DNA from: Candidatus Heimdallarchaeota archaeon
Lineage (GTDB): Archaea; Asgardarchaeota; Heimdallarchaeia; Heimdallarchaeales; Kariarchaeaceae
Assembly (NCBI GenBank): GCA_015523565.1
Contig: WAKA01000121.1
Coordinates: forward strand, 1 to 32,965
DNA: 32,965 nt
Reading direction: 5' to 3'
Below are positions 27,392 through 32,965 of the stretch, in pieces. The notes beneath the pieces are model-generated. The model was not told the origin of the DNA. It was given only the letters and a program-made list of their open reading frames with translations, and made no database searches. The first letter of the stretch is position 1. Each line of letters begins with the position of its first letter. Position numbers and translations under genes: made by a program.

Positions 27392-28654
27392 ATGAGCATT
27401 GAAGTGAAATTTGCAGATTTTGGTGAAGGCATTCACGAAGGAGAAATCGAGGAATGGCTTGTAAAAGTGGGTGATACTGTCAAAAGAGGACAAGACATTG
27501 TTGTTATACATACCGAAAAAATGAATGAACCAATTACCTCTCCTGTAAACGGGACTGTTGTAGAAATAAAAAAACAGGAAGGAGAGGAAATCAGGGTTGG
27601 AGATGTGCTTGTCCTTATTGAACCTCTAGAAGGAGAAGCCAAAACACCAAAGGCTGAATCCAAGAAAACAGAGGACCCCTCACTTTTCAAACCATCAGAA
27701 CCCCTTAAATTCAGAAGTTTCAGTCAACAAAAACAAGCACCACCACCTTCACAAACTGGAGCAATTGTCAATGAAAGGGTCTTGGCAGCACCTGCTGTAA
27801 GGCGCAGAGCAAGGGAAGCAGGCATTGACCTCCGTTATGTCAAAGGATCTGGACCTGCTGGAAGAATTACCCGCCAAGATCTAGAACATTATATGAAATC
27901 GGGAGCAAAGGCACCTGCCGCAAAGGTATACGTTTCAGGTGGAGAGGAAAGAATTCCTCTCAAAGGAACCCGAAAAACAATTGCCAAAGCCATGAGAAGA
28001 TCAAAAGACCTTGCCGCACATTACACATACTTTGAAGAAGTGGATATGAGCGCCTTGGATCAAATCCGTGAAAGTCTTAAACCATTATTCCAAGAAAAAG
28101 GCACAAAAGTGACATATGTTGCCCTTGTCATGAAACTACTAGTTCCTGTTCTCAGGAAGTATCCTCTCATGAATTCTTCCTTGGATGATGAAAAGCAGGA
28201 AATCATAATCCATCATGACATAAATATTGGTATTTCTGTAGACACACCAGACGGACTGATTGTACCAGTCGTGAAGAATGTTGACCAAAAAGACATTTGG
28301 ACAATTGCAGCAGAAATACAGGATTTGGCTCAAAGAGCACGAAACGGTCAATTGAAACTTTCAGAGATTACAGGAAGCACATTCACCATTACCTCAATAG
28401 GCAATATAGGTGGAATGATGGCTACACCAATCATCAATTGGCCAAATGTTGCTATCTTGGGATTGATGCGATCAAAACTAAGACCTGTTGTCAGTGAAAT
28501 AGACGGAATCCCAGAGATTGTCATCCGACCAATCATGTACCTTAGTTTATCACTTGATCACAGGGTTGTTGACGGAGCTGTCGGTGCAAGATTCACAAGG
28601 GATCTCATTAGGTACATGGAAAATCCTGGCTTAGTATGGTTGGAAAATCCATGA
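27392..28654 (+). CDS. Dihydrolipoamide acyltransferase E2 (single lipoyl domain)
   Basis: Lipoyl domain (GEGIHEG...HTEKM), E3-binding domain LAAPAVRRRARE...GSGPAGRI, and catalytic DHRVVDG. Confidence 0.94.
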   Translation: MSIEVKFADFGEGIHEGEIEEWLVKVGDTVKRGQDIVVIHTEKMNEPITSPVNGTVVEIKKQEGEEIRVGDVLVLIEPLEGEAKTPKAESKKTEDPSLFKPSEPLKFRSFSQQKQAPPPSQTGAIVNERVLAAPAVRRRAREAGIDLRYVKGSGPAGRITRQDLEHYMKSGAKAPAAKVYVSGGEERIPLKGTRKTIAKAMRRSKDLAAHYTYFEEVDMSALDQIRESLKPLFQEKGTKVTYVALVMKLLVPVLRKYPLMNSSLDDEKQEIIIHHDINIGISVDTPDGLIVPVVKNVDQKDIWTIAAEIQDLAQRARNGQLKLSEITGSTFTITSIGNIGGMMATPIINWPNVAILGLMRSKLRPVVSEIDGIPEIVIRPIMYLSLSLDHRVVDGAVGARFTRDLIRYMENPGLVWLENP

Positions 28655-28708
28655 GTTAACACAACGTTTCTCCATTATCTATTTAAAATCTATAAGAATT
28701 TGAATTCA

Positions 28709-29839
28709 ATGAGCAAAGATAGTTACCAAATCGTTGTATTGCCAGGAGACGGGATTGGCAAAGATGTAATGCCTGAAGGATTGAGAGTGCTGAATGAGGT
28801 TGCAGGGAAATATGACTTAAGCTTTGACTTTGACCAATATGAATGTGGAGGTGAATATTACCTGAATACAGGCAAGGAATGGGATGATGGTGCATTTGAC
28901 GCATGCAAGAATGCAGATGCCATTTTATTGGGTGCCGTGGGATGGCCAGGCGCTATGCTCCCTGATGGCAATATTGCAGGGGCAGGAGTAATTTTTGGAT
29001 TGAGATTTGGATTGGATCTTTACGCGAATGTTAGACCCACCAAACTTTATCCTGGAATCAAACATAAGGTACACGGAAAAAACGTCCAAGTATGGGAACC
29101 AGGATTGGTTGATTTGGTTACAGTCCGTGAGAACACTGAAGGCCTGTATTCACCAACCCATGGAAAATTATCAAGAGGAGGGGTTGATGAATTGGCTTTG
29201 GATACAAGAGTCATAACAGACAAAGGTGCACGCAGAGTAATCAAGTATGCTTTCGAATTGTCAATGAGGCGAAACAGGGGTGCCCCGAAAGACAACAGGA
29301 AAAGAGTGACATGTGTCGACAAAAGCAATGTCCTGGAGGGATGTCGTCTTTTCAGGAAAATCTATGACGAAATTGCAGAAACTTATCCTCAAGTTGACAG
29401 AGACTATGCATATATTGACGCATATACCCAATGGTTGATACGTGAACCTGAGTTCTATCAGGTAGTTGTAACTTCCAACATGTTGGGCGATATAGCTTCT
29501 GATTTAAGTTCTGTTTTAGCAGGAAGTCTTGGCATGGCTCCTTCCGGGAATATTGGAGACAAACATGCCTTTTTTGAACCTGTTCATGGATCCGCTCCAA
29601 AACATGCGGGCAAAAACAAGGCAAATCCAATGGCAATGGTGCTTTCCGTTTCAATGATGCTTGACTATTTAGGATACAAGTTTAATGATCAAAGGGCTTT
29701 GGAGGCATCTGTTGCCGTTGAAAATGCAGTTGAAAAAACCATAAAAGACGGTGTCACCCTTACTTATGATCTTGGTGGATCTGCTTCAACAAAAGATGTT
29801 GGTGAAGCCATTGCCAAAAACTTGTCACCAATTAAGTGA
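28709..29839 (+). CDS. Isocitrate/isopropylmalate family beta-decarboxylating dehydrogenase
   Basis: LPGDGIG, LDLYANVRP, RENTEGLY, VDKSNV, NMLGDIASD and EPVHGSAPKH. Confidence 0.92.
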   Translation: MSKDSYQIVVLPGDGIGKDVMPEGLRVLNEVAGKYDLSFDFDQYECGGEYYLNTGKEWDDGAFDACKNADAILLGAVGWPGAMLPDGNIAGAGVIFGLRFGLDLYANVRPTKLYPGIKHKVHGKNVQVWEPGLVDLVTVRENTEGLYSPTHGKLSRGGVDELALDTRVITDKGARRVIKYAFELSMRRNRGAPKDNRKRVTCVDKSNVLEGCRLFRKIYDEIAETYPQVDRDYAYIDAYTQWLIREPEFYQVVVTSNMLGDIASDLSSVLAGSLGMAPSGNIGDKHAFFEPVHGSAPKHAGKNKANPMAMVLSVSMMLDYLGYKFNDQRALEASVAVENAVEKTIKDGVTLTYDLGGSASTKDVGEAIAKNLSPIK

Positions 29840-30046
29840 TCTGACAGCCTCTTCATCCACTGGTTGACCATTTAATTTCGCGGTAATTGTGTTTCCATCA
29901 GACCCAAAGTCAACTTCCAATAGGAAATGATCTTGATTTTCTGAACACCTGTAAATTGTTAGTTTCTCCTCATCCATTTGAATTTCAGAACCACAGGAAG
30001 GACATACGCCCTCATTTAACATCTGTTCAATCAATTCTTTACTCAT
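29825..30046 (-). CDS. Small zinc-finger protein (CPSCG...CxxxxxH)
   Basis: CPSCG and YRCSENQDH; AGGAG ribosome-binding site before ATG 30046; TATATTTATA upstream. Confidence 0.72.
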   Translation of the reverse strand: MSKELIEQMLNEGVCPSCGSEIQMDEEKLTIYRCSENQDHFLLEVDFGSDGNTITAKLNGQPVDEEAVRSLNW

Positions 30047-30186
30047 TGTATCTCCTATCAATTTTCAAATTATAAATATATCTGATCCCCATTTTTTGAT
30101 TGTTATTTCTGAAATGCAATAAATTTTTTCAGTTTCATGGTGGGATTTCCATAGAAATAAATAAAACTAATTTTGAACTAATTCAA

Positions 30187-31602
30187 ATGACAATTGAAAC
30201 AGAAGTACTTGTAATAGGTGCTGGACCTGGTGGATATCCTGCCGCCATTCGAGCGGCACAATTGGGAAAGAAGGTAATAGTGGTTGATAAGGGCTTTATT
30301 GGCGGTGAATGCCTTAATTGGGGATGCATTCCCTCAAAAGCCTTGATTTCCGCTTCAAGTTTCTATCATAAACTATTGCATGACAGCGAAAAAATGGGCA
30401 TTACAGTTGATAATGCAAAAGTCAATATGAAAAAGCTTCAAGAATGGAAAAATGGAATCATATCAAATTTGAAAAATGGAATACTTCAGTTATTTAAAGC
30501 TCATAAAATCCAATTGATTGAAGGTACAGCTAAACTTGACGGAAGATATTCTGCAAAAGTAGAGACTAAAAATGGAAATATTGAGACAATCAAGTTCAAC
30601 AATTGTATAATTGCAACAGGCGCTAGTTTCATTTCTCTTCCCAATATCGCAATCGACGAAAAAAATATCCTGAGTGCAAAAGGTGCCCTCTCTCTTGAGA
30701 AAATACCCAAACATCTTGTTTGTATTGGCGGAGGGGTAATAGGAATTGAACTCGGAACTGTTTTTGCAAAGCTTGGTGCCAAAGTTTCAATCGTTGAATT
30801 CATGCCTGAAATACTCCCTGGCACAGACAAGAGAATGGTCAATGTGGTCAAAAAACGCCTCAAATCTCTTGGTGTGGATATCTATACTAAATCAGAAGCA
30901 AAATCCGTAGAAATCCTCAAGACAAAAATGAAACTTAAAGTGAAAACCCCAAAAGGTGAAATCAAGCTTGAACCAGATAAAATCCTCTTGTCAATTGGCA
31001 AGAAAGCAAATACTTCCTCTTTGGGATTGGAAAAGGCAGGCATAAAAACAGACAAGAAAGGATTCATTCAAGTGGACAAACAAATGAGAACTAATGTCTC
31101 ACACATATTTGCAATAGGCGATTGTACTGGCGGTCCATTTTTGGCTCATAGGTCAACGAAACAAGGTATAATTGCCGCGGAGGTAATTGCAGGAAAGAAA
31201 TCAGAAGAAGACTTCGTTACAATTCCAACAGCCATCTTTTCAGATCCTGAAATTGCAGTGGCAGGAATGACTGAAGCCCAAGCCAAAGAGAAAGGCATTG
31301 ATTTCATCACAAGCAGGGCTTCTTTCCTTGCGTCTGGTAGAGCTATGAGCCAACTGGAAACAGATGGATTTGTCAAATTGATTGCAGAAAAGTCAACTGG
31401 TGTCTTGCTTGGTGCAGAAATTGTTGGTCCTCATGCTTCTGATCTGATTTCTGAAGTGGCTCTTGCTTTGGAAATGGGTGCAACAGTTGAGGATGTCGGT
31501 TATACCGTTCATCCCCATCCAACCTTGCCTGAAATGATTATGGAAGCCGCAGAATCCATTGAAGGAAAGGCCATCCACGTTCCAAATGTCAAAAAACGTT
31601 GA
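30187..31602 (+). CDS. lpdA: Dihydrolipoyl dehydrogenase E3
   Basis: GAGPGG, GGECLNWGCIPSK, GGGVIG, AIGD and HPHPTLPE. Confidence 0.96.
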   Translation: MTIETEVLVIGAGPGGYPAAIRAAQLGKKVIVVDKGFIGGECLNWGCIPSKALISASSFYHKLLHDSEKMGITVDNAKVNMKKLQEWKNGIISNLKNGILQLFKAHKIQLIEGTAKLDGRYSAKVETKNGNIETIKFNNCIIATGASFISLPNIAIDEKNILSAKGALSLEKIPKHLVCIGGGVIGIELGTVFAKLGAKVSIVEFMPEILPGTDKRMVNVVKKRLKSLGVDIYTKSEAKSVEILKTKMKLKVKTPKGEIKLEPDKILLSIGKKANTSSLGLEKAGIKTDKKGFIQVDKQMRTNVSHIFAIGDCTGGPFLAHRSTKQGIIAAEVIAGKKSEEDFVTIPTAIFSDPEIAVAGMTEAQAKEKGIDFITSRASFLASGRAMSQLETDGFVKLIAEKSTGVLLGAEIVGPHASDLISEVALALEMGATVEDVGYTVHPHPTLPEMIMEAAESIEGKAIHVPNVKKR

Positions 31603-31675
31603 AGAATTTCTTTCTCTTGCTCAATTCCTTGATTTTATCTAGAATTCTGCATATGTATAAAATTTTAGAAAAATG

Positions 31676-32965
31676 TTAACTGACAATCATTTCAATATCC
31701 TTTAAATCCACACACTTTACTTTCTTTCCTTCAAAATTATCTATCTTCTTAGTGAAACTTTTAGCAAAGATAATAAACTCTTCTTTTCTATTATCTATAT
31801 TCCAATCAACATACTGCGTTTTTCCAACAAGTTCTTTCATTATTTTGTTTGGATTTACTTTGTTTTTGTATTTGCACTCTCCAAATAAAATGATTTTTTC
31901 TCTTTCATTTAACCCTACTATATCAATTTCCTTATCCTTGTACCACCACCTTCCTATCTTGTTATAATCCAGCTTTCCCTTGTTTACCAATTCTTCCATA
32001 ATTTCTATGCATACATTCTCAAATTTTAGTCCCATGTAAATTGAAAACTTCTTTTTGAAATTACTAAATGCACTCACAGTGATATTTCTCTCGATTTGAT
32101 TCCTATAAACCGAAACAAATCCATAATAGAAATTAAAGTAACTATCTGAGATTACATATATTCCCTTTTTGCTTATTCTTGATTTTGTTATGGGAAGTTC
32201 TCTTTCTATTATCCCTAAATTTTCTAAATTTTTTAAGTATTGATTAATGTTTGAATCTCCTACGTAATTACATATTTCTCCAAACTTTGTATTTCCTGAT
32301 GCAATTGCTTCAAGAATGGTTTCATAATACGCCAAATTTTTTAATTCTTCACTAAGAATAAGCGATGTATCATAAAACAAAAGATTTGTTGGATTAAAAA
32401 AGGAGTCCTTTATGAATGACTGAATATTTTCATGTTTAAAAATTTCTAAATATCTCGGAATTCCTCCGATTACTGAATATATTTCAATTACCAATTCTAT
32501 GGGTTTATTATGAAACCATTTCATGACATTCTTAAATTTCAATTGTTTAAGCTTAATTATTTTGGTCATCCTTCCATATATAGGTGATGATCTGGAAATA
32601 ACTTCTTCTGAAATTGTAGAGATTAGGGAACCACATAATACCAAACGTGAATTGCTATTCTGGATTTTTTTATCAATTATTTGCTGAAATTCAGATGCAA
32701 TACCTCTGGAATTTCTTATAAGATATGTAAATTCATCGAGTATTATGTCCACATCTTTCATTTGAGAAATCAAAAAAGATATGGCATCAAAAAATGATTT
32801 GAAAGATGCCTTAGGAATGCTTAAATATTCACATATGGCATGGCTAAAAAGCTTTAAATTATAATTCTCAGACTTATTTTGAAAAGTAAAAAAAAATCCA
32901 TTGTTTTTACAAAACTCTTCCAATAATCTTGTTTTTCCAATTCTTCTTCTACCAAATACTACAAC
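31676..32965 (-). CDS. Archaeal ATPase (ATPase_2 type) with C-terminal DUF234 PD-(D/E)XK domain, 5'-truncated by the window edge
   Basis: The frame stays open past 32923 to the edge: VVVFGRRRIGKT (Walker A); then ILDEF (Walker B), LCGS, PIYGR, GGIPRYL and GRWW...EIDIV...FGECK. Confidence 0.92.
   Translation of the reverse strand, partial: VVVFGRRRIGKTRLLEEFCKNNGFFFTFQNKSENYNLKLFSHAICEYLSIPKASFKSFFDAISFLISQMKDVDIILDEFTYLIRNSRGIASEFQQIIDKKIQNSNSRLVLCGSLISTISEEVISRSSPIYGRMTKIIKLKQLKFKNVMKWFHNKPIELVIEIYSVIGGIPRYLEIFKHENIQSFIKDSFFNPTNLLFYDTSLILSEELKNLAYYETILEAIASGNTKFGEICNYVGDSNINQYLKNLENLGIIERELPITKSRISKKGIYVISDSYFNFYYGFVSVYRNQIERNITVSAFSNFKKKFSIYMGLKFENVCIEIMEELVNKGKLDYNKIGRWWYKDKEIDIVGLNEREKIILFGECKYKNKVNPNKIMKELVGKTQYVDWNIDNRKEEFIIFAKSFTKKIDNFEGKKVKCVDLKDIEMIVS

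Noticed and set aside
1-32965. CRISPR arrays, tRNA/rRNA genes, transposases, integrases
   Set aside because: No regularly spaced repeats, cloverleaf or rRNA-like segments, or recombinase motifs were seen; intergenic gaps are all short.

Overview
A gene-dense, AT-rich (roughly one-third GC) archaeal chromosomal segment. Its content points to an Asgard archaeon, probably Heimdallarchaeia (inference): deoxyhypusine synthase, DinB with a PCNA PIP box, an archaeal ATPase-DUF234, longin-like and MIT-domain proteins, large helical/TPR proteins and TATA boxes just upstream of start codons. About 34 CDS are supported. Most are housekeeping or metabolic: MFS and DMT transporters, CofH, DegV, cystathionine beta-synthase, a half-size heme A synthase, Dys, PAP2, DinB, Pcm, CcdA plus thioredoxin, HxlR, Sir2, an FNR-type reductase and a complete 2-oxoacid dehydrogenase E1a/E1b/E2/E3 cluster. 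No rRNA, tRNA, CRISPR array or IS element was recognised. The most unusual observations are: (1) a MIT + Pro-rich linker + longin-like fusion protein; (2) a circularly permuted glycerophosphodiesterase with its IIAHRG motif at the C-terminus; (3) a tandem pair of DUF2201 pseudo-peptidases (HExxH changed to HLxxH), one with an intact vWA/MIDAS and one without, next to a degenerate Mrr-like domain; (4) a K-loop-capped hairpin, a candidate ncRNA, between cofH and degV; (5) an NPRL2/uDENN-like longin next to a CBS-only protein; (6) an NADP-signature beta-decarboxylating dehydrogenase inserted in the 2-oxoacid dehydrogenase cluster. All family assignments were made by eye from motifs; no database searches were run.
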